From positions 7,960 to 71,959 of the forward strand of contig JAYPIL010000001.1 of the NCBI GenBank assembly GCA_038127845.1: 64,000 bases of DNA, given 5' to 3'. Below the pieces are notes generated by a model. The model saw only the letters and a list, made by a program, of their open reading frames with translations, was not told the origin of the DNA and did no database searches. The stretch's first letter is position 1. The number at the start of each line of letters is the position of its first letter. Positions 49,301 to 57,374 of this stretch are shown here, piece by piece. The position numbers and the translations under genes were made by a program. Source of the stretch: Poseidonia sp. GTDB lineage: Archaea > Thermoplasmatota > Poseidoniia > Poseidoniales > Poseidoniaceae.

Positions 49301-50011
49301 GCCATGGTAACCCAATCGGAACGAGCCAGGGCTCAGGACCTGGTGAACAGGACAAAATCGTGAGAGTGAAAGAAGCAGGTCTTGCTCAGCCTCGGTGTAG
49401 TCCGGAGCGATGTTCAAGAGAAGCAATCCGTCGATGCTGCTGATGTGAAACGGTGCTTCGTCCGCTTCTCGAATCGCTTCAAGCACCCCGGAGAGCACCA
49501 AGGAAGGCAACGTACCTCCCGCCTCTTCTTGATGGTCAAGGGCCAACTGGTGGTAAACCGATGCCCCCGGATCGTTTTCCCAAGCAAAGGGTTGACGCAG
49601 ATTCATCAGTTCGCCATGAAGGCGCTGAATACGCTTGGTTTTGGTCATCGTCCACGATCCCACGCCCGGCGTGTGGAGAAAGGGGAAGTGGGCCTCGTTG
49701 GCCGCCAGCTCGCATCTCGCATGCAGCGCCATGAAGTTGCTGGTGTCGTTGTCCAACAGCACCGGGAGGCGTAAATCCGTGTGAAGCAAGCGAAGGAGGC
49801 GGTTCAAGGTCAAGTGATGTTGTGGATGCACCTGTGCTCCTGCATCGTGAAGCGATTCGAGCGACTGTTGGCGATGCAGTTCATTGGGGTGGAGAATCAT
49901 CACGTTGAGAGGTTTTGCAGCATTGAGGGCGTTGAAGAGCCATGGCGGAAGACCGTTACCCGCAGGCGAATATTCCGAAGTAACCTGATGCATCGTCGTC
50001 AACATGGCCAC
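46271..50011 (-). CDS. AddB-like subunit. It has an inactivated helicase-like N-terminus and a C-terminal Cas4-like Fe-S nuclease.
   Basis: No Walker A. The C-terminus has 'WLKCPRQAWV', 'IRDLKTVNG', 'MQLALYARAWE', and 'GKHCQYCPIAHSCG' (C-x2-C-x5-C). It overlaps the downstream addA-like gene by up to 64 nt. Confidence 0.7.
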   Translation of the reverse strand: MAMLTTMHQVTSEYSPAGNGLPPWLFNALNAAKPLNVMILHPNELHRQQSLESLHDAGAQVHPQHHLTLNRLLRLLHTDLRLPVLLDNDTSNFMALHARCELAANEAHFPFLHTPGVGSWTMTKTKRIQRLHGELMNLRQPFAWENDPGASVYHQLALDHQEEAGGTLPSLVLSGVLEAIREADEAPFHISSIDGLLLLNIAPDYTEAEQDLLLSLSRFCPVHQVLSPGSFRLGYHGAYLVDEDPCTTETLPVWVPPHDVWVPSQDGWRTPVGEALETKHTRITVDERRHTVAATIALVKAFKEREDGRVLIVDGAVQERRETWSKALGEIGLTWGGGTSSLDQQPLFNAVMRAASLGQGMTAWSQSSLQSLFASATIPFSATMFSDLSHPTQEDWVARIHPEVLEEISRQFHVLGGPGAMARWLGVLSQGRPSFTERHPEQKRQALEETQWWMACLLHAWAPLLPGEDQHLLNATHQGCSTGQVLPLPAQPVDGSAWLVWLLSCMDYDVLTERRAPYDLGLGTLQTLMEGLSTTTSTMRGLDLPVPTHGRGFVELLEHIGASMTVGALHPRTSNINVVTPEDALGCQADLLVFAGLDVDSWTMRTPVVPWLDAQAQLELGMFQSDLAVRRGRHHLRHLLNAAPQIVIFDSTPEEGGGPSAPLAEWLSDVRRSNEWDNMRHPPSFLPEAMVHGDDEERRFDWVVREKGHGSWMTPSDYVTASTPEGPRRIRHGSSGADKRQQLGLDLQHSLPYEPSINHSFAVFDSYEASLHADRIRRQPNYRQLAKQATFSWDNRQHLASTEAVVLRPTRASLKVAGAQASLWPHLGHRPAGTVSISVDPRPLPPYHEQGLTMSHRFGAMGVPYQREVWSPSRIETWLKCPRQAWVKQILLAGEDEGVEAEDVDLRTRGQVIHRAGAAVLEGHGVPMGGEMTHDIQPLHLGPMGQGQAGWDTVLDFLQRDVAWLGRHNAVSIHRTRDLVDATPDEWQAFQEGDLVLPPRGRLARLLSADVNLTSASPVAVEWLPVSGSDRSVHITSRADGGEGFRLFGYADRVDVVSLTATQEEHLRENGILGDTRYDTPYPLDGTSRTAQRLVVIRDLKTVNGPPAKKAGLRHMQCLFEDMQLALYARAWEVLHPNDRVVGVGASEIGEDTTHYVELESDLEALDESLSLGEITRVFPNHFPTQLGEEGSMTPFRRWMLERIIVAERAVESAAQGHINPTPGKHCQYCPIAHSCGASTEREGGL

Positions 50012-50077
50012 CCTTCAAGAACCACCTCCGGCGAGGCCTTTTGAACCTGCGCAACGATGTGGATGAGGTCGAAGTTG

Positions 50078-50092
50078 GTTTGTGCTTTTTAT
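50078..50092 (-). promoter_or_regulatory. TATA box (TTTTTATATACT / minus: AGTATATAAAAAG) in the AT-rich divergent intergenic region, likely the addBA operon promoter
   Basis: It is 67-81 nt upstream of the addB-like start (50011) on the minus strand. The local AT content is much higher than the ~58% GC background. Confidence 0.5.
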
Positions 50093-50263
50093 ATACTCCT
50101 GGACCCTTGTTCTATCGTGACTCCCTTGGAATCTCGGTCTCCTTTGGTAACAAGCGTGGGTGGTGTTCCTGTGGGCATTTTACCATGGTGTTTAAATAGG
50201 GGCATCTACATCATAAGAATACTTCATGTTTTGTTGAGCGGAGGAAAGTGGAGGAAATAAAGG

Positions 50264-50276
50264 GCCACATATATAT
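50264..50276 (+). promoter_or_regulatory. TATA box (ACATATATATACT) for the tfb-like gene
   Basis: It is about 36-48 nt upstream of ATG 50312. It is preceded by an A/G-rich BRE-like tract. Confidence 0.55.
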
Positions 50277-50311
50277 ACTGTCAACGAACATGAAGACTGG
50301 AAGTGAAAAAT

Positions 50312-51439
50312 ATGGAACACAAATGCGATGACTGTGGAAGCAAGCTGTTGATTGACAAAGCCCGAGGGGTGGGCGTGTGCGAAGACGAATTTTGTGCGCT
50401 CGAACACAACCTCATCTTCAACGACGCCGATACCAACGCCTCCTCCGTGTTCGGAGAAGAGGCTCAAAGCGGTGCTGTCAACGATGATGGGAAGGCTGGA
50501 ACGAAAATGCGTGTCTCAGACAACAAAGACTGGTCTGGAAAAACCATCTCTGCGAAGAAGATGAAAAATTTCCGCCGATGGTCTTGGGCCGACGCCAACT
50601 CCCAACGTGAGAAAGACCCCATGTGCGGACAGTTGAAGAACAAACTCCGTGAGATGTTCGGCAAGGATGTTGCGTTCGCTGCACGAATCCTTGCAGAGGC
50701 AGCTGCACGCAAGTTGTCCCCCGAGCAGGAAGCTGTCCGAAAGACCCTGAGCTCCAGCGAACAGAAGCGTTTGAAGTGCCCAAAGACCTCAATTTGCCGC
50801 AAGCCCGAGGGCATACGAGGCAACAGCGACAAGCAAAACCTGGAAATCATGGCCCTGGCCATCGCCAGTTTGTCCTACAAGTTGTTCAACACCGCTCCCG
50901 TCAACGAAATGGAGTTGATGAAGCAGTACGGCATCACCAAAGACCAGTTGAACAACGCCAAGCGCACCATCATGGACCACTGGAAGGCTCGCATCAGTCA
51001 GGGCTGGGCCATGCCTCCTGGTCGCGTGAAGTTGGTCGTGGCCCGGATCGACGGGTTGGACATGGCCGTTGAAAACCTCGTCTCAGCTCTCGCTGGCCGA
51101 CTCAGCGATGCAGACCTCGACAAGGTCATGGAAACCTTTTGGGACGTGCTCTCCGAATTGGATGAACCAAGCGTTGACGGCCCTGTCGCCAACATGGCCA
51201 TCGGCATGGTCGCTGCCTGTGTGATGTACGCTGTTCTCGAGCGGTTCAAGCTCCACGAACGAAACCTCAACTGCATTGCCAAGGCCGTGGGTCTCTCAGG
51301 GGCAGGCGTCAAGAGTCGAATCGCTGAAATGAAAAAGCGGTATGAAAACGGTGAGTTGCCCAAAGCGAAGGGAATGTTTGTTTCCACCGACGAGAGCGAC
51401 GACGAAGCCGATACGGCTGAAGAAGGCGCTGAAGAGTGA
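50312..51439 (+). CDS. Divergent TFB/TFIIB-like transcription factor paralog. It has a Zn-ribbon, two cyclin-fold repeats, and an acidic C-terminal tail.
   Basis: N-terminal 'KCDDCGSKLLIDKARGVGVCEDEFC' (TFIIB-type Zn ribbon). The cyclin-like helices are 'LEIMALAIASLSYKLF' and 'VANMAIGMVAACVMYAVLERF'. The C-terminus is 'STDESDDEADTAEEGAEE'. The track ORF starts at GTG 50303. Confidence 0.6.
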   Translation: MEHKCDDCGSKLLIDKARGVGVCEDEFCALEHNLIFNDADTNASSVFGEEAQSGAVNDDGKAGTKMRVSDNKDWSGKTISAKKMKNFRRWSWADANSQREKDPMCGQLKNKLREMFGKDVAFAARILAEAAARKLSPEQEAVRKTLSSSEQKRLKCPKTSICRKPEGIRGNSDKQNLEIMALAIASLSYKLFNTAPVNEMELMKQYGITKDQLNNAKRTIMDHWKARISQGWAMPPGRVKLVVARIDGLDMAVENLVSALAGRLSDADLDKVMETFWDVLSELDEPSVDGPVANMAIGMVAACVMYAVLERFKLHERNLNCIAKAVGLSGAGVKSRIAEMKKRYENGELPKAKGMFVSTDESDDEADTAEEGAEE

Positions 51440-51478
51440 AGCAACGAAGTTCATATCCACCCGTCGCGACAGCGCTGC

Positions 51479-52441
51479 ATGCGCCGATTGATGGTGGTCG
51501 TTCTTCTTGCTGTATCTCTCGCTACCGTCTCGCTTCCTGCGAATGCCTTGCCTGCCAGCCCGGTTGAAAACGGCATGGTCTTTGGAGGACAGTGGTCGCC
51601 TGCTGGAAATGCATCGGTTACCATAACAGAGAACTTGAGCGAGTTGCCGGCCGTTGTTGAGGTCTTCACTGCAACGTGGTGTGAAAACTGCGTGGATGTT
51701 GAGCACGCCCTCGACGATGTTCAGGGGGAAGGGTGGTTGCAACAATACCATGTCCACCGCGCCATCGGGGAAACACAAGACCCCTTTGGAACCGAAGCCT
51801 TGGATTATCGATGGCGTGACAAATACGGCCCGTCTTCACCTCCAGCCGTCGTGTTCAACGGGACCATGAAGAAAATCGGTTCCGTGGCCGATGACGGTAC
51901 GCTGCAAAACGAATTCACCAATCTTGCGCAACGAGACCTTGGGCTCGGCAACGGTTCCTCCGCCTTCACGTGGACCCCGACAGGCGATTCAACGGGGACG
52001 CTTGCGTGGGCGCTGGACCTTGATGCTGCACATCTTGAAAACGCAACGCTCAACGTCTCTGCCTTTGTTGTCGAGGCTGCAGCTGATTTTGAAGAAGGGA
52101 CCAACGGACTTGGCACCTACCCGCACATTCTTCACAACATCCAAGTGTTGGGCCATGAACTCCAAGGAAGCGGCACCGTCGCGCTCCCTCAGGCCTTTGA
52201 TGGCGACGACCTCCAAGTTCATTTGATCTACGAAATCATTCCAAACGAACCCGAAGTGTTGGAAGAACCAAACGAAGCGGTTGAACCAAGCGACGAAGAC
52301 ACGCCCGCTCTTTCAACGATGTTCACGCTGATGGCTGTTGGGTTGGCGTTGACGCTCATTCATCAAAGACAAATTGGTCGAACATCCAACGAGCACCGTG
52401 ATGGTTCGCCGCCTCGCGTCGACGACGAGGATCGTCGGTGA
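51479..52441 (+). CDS. Secreted, C-terminally membrane-anchored thioredoxin-like (WCxxC) protein
   Basis: Signal peptide 'MRRLMVVVLLAVSLATVSL', the motif 'VFTATWCENCVDV', and a C-terminal TM 'MFTLMAVGLALTLI' followed by a basic tail. Confidence 0.55.
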   Translation: MRRLMVVVLLAVSLATVSLPANALPASPVENGMVFGGQWSPAGNASVTITENLSELPAVVEVFTATWCENCVDVEHALDDVQGEGWLQQYHVHRAIGETQDPFGTEALDYRWRDKYGPSSPPAVVFNGTMKKIGSVADDGTLQNEFTNLAQRDLGLGNGSSAFTWTPTGDSTGTLAWALDLDAAHLENATLNVSAFVVEAAADFEEGTNGLGTYPHILHNIQVLGHELQGSGTVALPQAFDGDDLQVHLIYEIIPNEPEVLEEPNEAVEPSDEDTPALSTMFTLMAVGLALTLIHQRQIGRTSNEHRDGSPPRVDDEDRR

Positions 52442-54761
52442 GATCAATTTCCAACTCCCAACGAAGAAGTTGCAGCGCATCAGGCGCAGGTCCCGGCTCA
52501 CGGTAATTCCACCACCGAGGTGGTGCCCCACGGACACCTTGGCGGTCTTGTGCGTCCCTCAACAGGTTGGTCAAACGGAGGAAGGCATCGGGTCGTGGAT
52601 GATCGCGGCGGATGTACACTTGAACGCGTTCATCCTCTCCGTGACGGGTGTAGCCAAGGGCGTGGGCCATAAGGCTCACCGAGTTTCGTTCCGTTCGGTT
52701 ACGGATGGTGACCGTGAGGTTCGCATGTTCGAAAGTCAGCGCCTCTCCGTCGGTGAGCGGTGATCGAATCGTTGAGCCCAGCGGCATCAAACTCATCGCC
52801 TCCCACACGCGTGCGAAGACCTCGCACCATCGGCGTTCACCGTCCCGAATATCGCCCTCTTCGTGGATATCTTCTTCGCGGCGATGGGGCATCATGTGGT
52901 GGTATCGACGCATCCAACGGGCCATTCCTCTGCCGAACGGTTCACCGATGTTTTGGTGTTGTTGAGGAAGATAGGGGCGAACAGTCTGTCGCCATTGCGC
53001 CACCACCTCGTTGTAAGGAAAGGCGTTGGTGTCAGAAAAATGGGATTCAAACAGCGACACCCATTGACGGTTCTCACCACGGGGTGAACGGCGGCCTTGT
53101 CGCCGGCGAATCCACTGACGATTGCGCTGCATCAGTCCGCCCCCGAACAACACGGGTCCCTCGTCTTCTTCGTCCTCCCTGAATCGATGGTGATACCAGG
53201 TATGCCGCGCCGATCCATATCGCTTGAGAAGGGCCATGGATTCAGCATCCAAAGCATTCATCCAAGATGCAGGTACGTTCTGGCTGGGAAATCCGAAGGG
53301 TGGTGAGGAACGAACGACCTCAGCCAAACTGTCGATGCTCTCACTCGCTTTGATGTCGTTGGCCATTGACAGCAAAACCCCTCCGATGGTGTCACCCAAC
53401 GGTAAACTGGTGGTATGTTGTCCGCTGTGAATGCAAATCGCATCCTTCTCGTGCCGCTCAAGACCTTGCATGTGACGGATTTGGTAGGGGGCACCGTGCT
53501 GCCCAGGGCCGACCCGAACCTCGTAGGCATGGCCAAGTTGACCAAAGACCAGTGCCGTCGCCTTCTCGATATGGATACGTTCAGAGAGTCCATTCATGAT
53601 TTGATGACAAAACTCCAACGATTTGAGCAGTGAGGGAGACGGTGGAGCTTGCGTGGTGTAGGCCACCGTCCAGTTGTGTTGCAAGCCCAAAAGGAGTTTT
53701 CCAGCAGGGGAATTGAGGGGTGAATGGGAAAGGGAAATCATCAACGCCCACGCATCGGGTCGGGCTGGCACATTGATCAGGCGGGTTCCTCCGCTTTGGG
53801 TTCGCACCCGGAATTTGAGATGTCTGCCGGAAGTTTTCAGCGGCCAATCAAGCGTGCGTGGGTACTGTGTCGTCGTTTCAAGCGAAAGCCATTCTTGAAG
53901 CCAAGGCCGGTCATATGTCTCAAACAAGCCCGGTGGATGATGGCTCAATGCGCTGCGAAACATGTTGTAAAGGTCGGCGTGTTGACGCTCGAACAACTTG
54001 GTCTTGATGTCGTGTGCCCAAGCGATCATCGGTATGTATTCTCTCGAGGGTTCACCGTGTGCTCGGTCAACGAGAAGTCGGTTTGACAACCATACCAACA
54101 TGCTTGCGAGCGGTCGGAAGTGAGGTGAGAAAAACCGCCCTTCGAACCTTCGCCGTTGCCGGCGACGTGGCTCACCTGCAACAAGGTCATCCAGTACGGG
54201 ATTGCACGATGCAAGGCCGAGTATCAAAGCGGAGAGGTTCCATCCTCGCCGAGCCTTTTCATCCGCGAGAAGAGGGAACAGAACATGAAGGCTGAGGGAT
54301 GGCAATCGCATGCCATCAAGGTACCATGCCTCAGAGATAAATCGAAGCACTGTGCCGTCGTGAAAGCCAATTCCCTTCTGGAGATGACGCTCATCATCTC
54401 CACTGAGGGGGCGACCATCAGCGATGGTTTTCGCCAAGGCTTCGAACGACGATGCATCACAAGGCAGGGTTGTGATGGGGTCCTCATCCTCCCAAAGGAG
54501 AGCCCATTGGGTGTGCTGATTCACCACATCAGCGCGCAGCAGGTTGGTCCATCGTTGGGCGGATTGGTGGCCAGGACCACCGAACTGAGCGATGGCGTAT
54601 TCGTGTTCAAGGGGTGAGAGAAACGATTCCCACCCCCGATTGGGGGTGTAGTGGAGCATGGAATTGCACCAATCGCACACATGATGCGTTTCTTCGGACT
54701 GCGGATTGTGGGTACAGACGATGTCGCGAACTGAAGCCGTCATGTATGATGTATGGCTCAA
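52356..54761 (-). CDS. Orphan 801-aa W/R/H-rich protein with an N-terminal Cys/His cluster. Function unknown.
   Basis: An uninterrupted 801-codon ORF. The N-terminus is 'CTHNPQSEETHHVCDWC'. It has Arg-rich tracts ('RRRQGRRSPRGENRQW') and a high Trp content. I recognise no enzymatic motif. Confidence 0.6.
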   Translation of the reverse strand: MSHTSYMTASVRDIVCTHNPQSEETHHVCDWCNSMLHYTPNRGWESFLSPLEHEYAIAQFGGPGHQSAQRWTNLLRADVVNQHTQWALLWEDEDPITTLPCDASSFEALAKTIADGRPLSGDDERHLQKGIGFHDGTVLRFISEAWYLDGMRLPSLSLHVLFPLLADEKARRGWNLSALILGLASCNPVLDDLVAGEPRRRQRRRFEGRFFSPHFRPLASMLVWLSNRLLVDRAHGEPSREYIPMIAWAHDIKTKLFERQHADLYNMFRSALSHHPPGLFETYDRPWLQEWLSLETTTQYPRTLDWPLKTSGRHLKFRVRTQSGGTRLINVPARPDAWALMISLSHSPLNSPAGKLLLGLQHNWTVAYTTQAPPSPSLLKSLEFCHQIMNGLSERIHIEKATALVFGQLGHAYEVRVGPGQHGAPYQIRHMQGLERHEKDAICIHSGQHTTSLPLGDTIGGVLLSMANDIKASESIDSLAEVVRSSPPFGFPSQNVPASWMNALDAESMALLKRYGSARHTWYHHRFREDEEDEGPVLFGGGLMQRNRQWIRRRQGRRSPRGENRQWVSLFESHFSDTNAFPYNEVVAQWRQTVRPYLPQQHQNIGEPFGRGMARWMRRYHHMMPHRREEDIHEEGDIRDGERRWCEVFARVWEAMSLMPLGSTIRSPLTDGEALTFEHANLTVTIRNRTERNSVSLMAHALGYTRHGEDERVQVYIRRDHPRPDAFLRLTNLLRDAQDRQGVRGAPPRWWNYREPGPAPDALQLLRWELEIDLTDDPRRRREAANHHGARWMFDQFVFDE

Positions 54762-54776
54762 CCATTTATGAAGAAT

Positions 54777-55823
54777 TTAAGACCATTCTTGACGGCAGAC
54801 CGCCAGCAGTTGGTCCACATCATCATCGGTGATGTGAAGGTGGACCACAAACCGAATTCGATGCGCACCCGTATCGAGCACGTCAACACCGTTGGCTGCC
54901 AGCACGGACACCACGTCGCTGGCAAGGTCGGTGCAATCAACATACACCATGTTGCTTTGAACCGTCGTTAAGTCAACCGAAAACGCAGAGAGATCGTTCA
55001 GCGCCTCCGCAATCGTTCGTGCACGACGGTGATCATCCTGCAAGCGGCCCACATGATGGTCGAGAGCGTGAAGACAAGCATCGGCCAGAAGACCGGCTTG
55101 TCGCCAACCTCCGCCAAACATTTTGCGCCAGCGATGTGCTCGCTGAATGAAGGCATGCGAACCCACCAGCACCGAACCTACGGGGGCGCCAAGCCCTTTT
55201 GAAAAACAAATCGACACCGAATCGTAACCCTGACACATGCGAGCGACCGATACACCGGTTGCTTCTGCAGCATTGAAAATCCGAGCGCCGTCCATGTGGG
55301 TAGCGCAATCAAGTGCCTTTGCAGCAGCCGCGATCTCGTCCAGGGCATCGAGCGTATAGCACGAGCCCCCTCCCAAATTGGAGGTGTTCTCCACGCACAC
55401 GAGCGAACCGTTTGGATAATGGCTTCCTGAACCCGCTGCCTTCCTTACCGCAGCTTGAACCTGAGCGGCGGTCATCAGGCCTTTCTCACCTTCAACAAGA
55501 GCGATCGAAGCGCCGCATAGAGCAGCATAGCCACCGCCTTCATAGCGGTAGATGTGGGCGGTTTTGTCGCAAACGATTTCGTCACCCGGAACCGTGTGCG
55601 TCTTCAAGGCGATGGCGTTGGACATGGTCCCCGAGGCGACGAACAATCCCGCTTCTTTCCCAAACAATGAGGCGACTCGGTTTTGAAGTTCAATCACGGT
55701 AGGGTCGTCGCCCAGCACATCGTCACCAACAGCGGCTTTGGCCATCGCTTCCCTCATGGCCGCCGTAGGCTGCGTCACCGTATCCGAACGGAAGTCAATG
55801 CGAGATGAGGGGTGCTCGCGCAT
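54777..55823 (-). CDS. ltaE: Low-specificity L-threonine aldolase (PLP fold type I)
   Basis: N-terminus '[12 protein letters not shown]', '[11 protein letters not shown]', and the PLP-lysine region '[14 protein letters not shown]'. Confidence 0.9.
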   Translation of the reverse strand: MREHPSSRIDFRSDTVTQPTAAMREAMAKAAVGDDVLGDDPTVIELQNRVASLFGKEAGLFVASGTMSNAIALKTHTVPGDEIVCDKTAHIYRYEGGGYAALCGASIALVEGEKGLMTAAQVQAAVRKAAGSGSHYPNGSLVCVENTSNLGGGSCYTLDALDEIAAAAKALDCATHMDGARIFNAAEATGVSVARMCQGYDSVSICFSKGLGAPVGSVLVGSHAFIQRAHRWRKMFGGGWRQAGLLADACLHALDHHVGRLQDDHRRARTIAEALNDLSAFSVDLTTVQSNMVYVDCTDLASDVVSVLAANGVDVLDTGAHRIRFVVHLHITDDDVDQLLAVCRQEWS

Positions 55824-55859
55824 GACCGGTGGTCAACACTCCCCTTCATGAAGACCTTG

Positions 55860-56288
55860 CTAGAGCAATTTCAGGTCGCCCGTGATGGAGTCCAGTTCCT
55901 GAGCGTTAAACGGTCCGAGAGCGAGCACCGTCTTCGAACCCTTCGGAATTTGCGTGTGCCCAGCATCCCTGACCAGATGGACGGGAATTCCCTCACGGCG
56001 GGCAGCGTCGAGTAGCGGCTGGAAATGCGTCTCATCGGGAACCTTCACACAGATTTTCTTCTGACCGTTCGCAAGCCAGACCTCGACGTGTGAGGGATGA
56101 GAAACACCTGCGTTGAGAAAGGCTTCAACGGATGCATGACCGACTTGAGCGGCAAGTTTTCCTTTGCCCATCTTGAGCGATTGATTCACCACACACACCA
56201 ATTTTACCGACCCTTTCACGGGCAGCGTGGAAGGTTTCGGTGCCGTCAATCGGTGAAGAAACGAACGGAAACCCATCCAATCCCTCAC
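55860..56288 (-). CDS. pth2: Peptidyl-tRNA hydrolase, archaeal/eukaryotic type (Pth2), copy 1
   Basis: 'KMGKGKLAAQVGHASV', 'GQKKICVKV', 'VRDAGHTQIPKGSKTVLALGP', and 'ITGDLKLL' match the Pth2 consensus. The N-terminal 25 aa of the ORF may not be translated. Confidence 0.8.
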   Translation of the reverse strand: MRDWMGFRSFLHRLTAPKPSTLPVKGSVKLVCVVNQSLKMGKGKLAAQVGHASVEAFLNAGVSHPSHVEVWLANGQKKICVKVPDETHFQPLLDAARREGIPVHLVRDAGHTQIPKGSKTVLALGPFNAQELDSITGDLKLL

Positions 56289-56653
56289 AAGGTTGTCAAA
56301 TGGCCCACCAAGGCGTCAATGGTTCGTCTCGGGCCCAAAATACCCAACACCGTGACGGTGTTTGGCGGCACTTCGGTATGGCCTGCATCGATCACAACAT
56401 GAGAAAAACAGCCCTTTGGAACCATCCGAGCAAGTTCATGCAGGCCCGGTTCATCGTCAACACCGAGAACGATTTTGCGAGCACCCCCCGCACGCCAACG
56501 CTCCATCATGCGAGAGCGACGAGCCCGTTGAACCACGTCAACGGCAGCGTGAGCACACTGTGCCGCCACTTTGCCTGTGCTGAGATTTAGGTCACGCCGG
56601 ACGACCAAGGCCATCGTCGGCGCATCATCCGTGGACGACATGGACATCACCAA
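56285..56653 (-). CDS. Peptidyl-tRNA hydrolase Pth2, copy 2 (tandem paralog)
   Basis: 'LSTGKVAAQCAHAAV', 'GARKIVLGV', and 'VIDAGHTEVPPNTVTVLGILGP'. It overlaps copy 1 by 4 nt. Confidence 0.75.
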   Translation of the reverse strand: MVMSMSSTDDAPTMALVVRRDLNLSTGKVAAQCAHAAVDVVQRARRSRMMERWRAGGARKIVLGVDDEPGLHELARMVPKGCFSHVVIDAGHTEVPPNTVTVLGILGPRRTIDALVGHLTTL

Positions 56654-57374
56654 CCTGCTGCGTGAGTTCGTCCAACGTCACGGTTTCGCGCAGGAAGGTG
56701 TGAAGGGACGGCCCGAGCCACAAGGCGAAGGCGATGTTTCCGAGGGCGTGAAGTGCGTCAAACGGAAGACCCACGAGCACCATTTGGGCAAGGCCTCCCA
56801 AGGTGGTTGTGGCATCGACGAGCGAAAGCGTAGAAATCGCTCCAAAGACAAAGGCTGCAACCACGGAAACGCCGCACAACCGCTGCATGTTCAGTGTGCC
56901 GTGTTCCTCGAAAACGAACCTTGACCCCAGCAGGGCGACGGCGGCCCAACCGAAGCCTTGGAAGAGCGTCCACCAGCCATCGCCGATGAGGAGGTTCGAC
57001 AACAACGTCACCAGAAGAGCGAACGCCATGCCACGTCGAGCACCAAGTTGCGAACCGACCAGTAAAGCGGCCAACGTGACGGGCTGAACATTGGGAAGCG
57101 GTTGGAAAACGACACGAAGGGCGGCCATACCGAGAACCAACGTTGCGAGCGCAGCCAACGCAAATCGGTTTTTGCGTTGGCCGGCCATCAGCAAAAAGAA
57201 CGCACTGAGCACCAAAATGGCGTTGAGGACGGCATGAGCGAGCGGTGTCAGCTCGGGCCCATGAACGCCAAACGCCTGAAACATACCACGCCCAAGGAGA
57301 ACGCCTCCTTGAGCCTTACCACGCTCAAGCAAGCCGCCAGACCAAAACAGAGGCGCCGTCAACAGCGGCGTCAT
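56625..57374 (-). CDS. Polytopic membrane protein, possibly an ECF-transporter S-component-like substrate-binding subunit
   Basis: About 250 aa with around 6 hydrophobic helices ('LLSNLLIGDGWWTLFQGFGWAAVALLG'). The start is taken at an internal Met; the track ORF extends to 57581, overlapping the upstream gene. Confidence 0.45.
   Translation of the reverse strand: MTPLLTAPLFWSGGLLERGKAQGGVLLGRGMFQAFGVHGPELTPLAHAVLNAILVLSAFFLLMAGQRKNRFALAALATLVLGMAALRVVFQPLPNVQPVTLAALLVGSQLGARRGMAFALLVTLLSNLLIGDGWWTLFQGFGWAAVALLGSRFVFEEHGTLNMQRLCGVSVVAAFVFGAISTLSLVDATTTLGGLAQMVLVGLPFDALHALGNIAFALWLGPSLHTFLRETVTLDELTQQVGDVHVVHG

Noticed and set aside
41346-50011. Possibility that the AddAB-like, MaeB and MMPL genes indicate a bacterial (not archaeal) contig
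   Set aside because: Unambiguous archaeal markers (MCM, GatE, Pth2 x2, archaeal PSD, TFB-like with TATA promoters) are interleaved on the same contig, with similar GC and the same tight overlapping gene style. The bacterial-type genes are better explained as acquired or ancestrally shared genes within an archaeal genome.
50100-50260. Possible small ncRNA or tRNA in the 290-bp AT-rich intergenic region
   Set aside because: No tRNA-like T-arm/anticodon-arm pattern (GTTCRANYC etc.) is present, and the region is AT-rich and unstructured. It is interpreted as divergent promoter/5' UTR space. An sRNA cannot be excluded without expression data.
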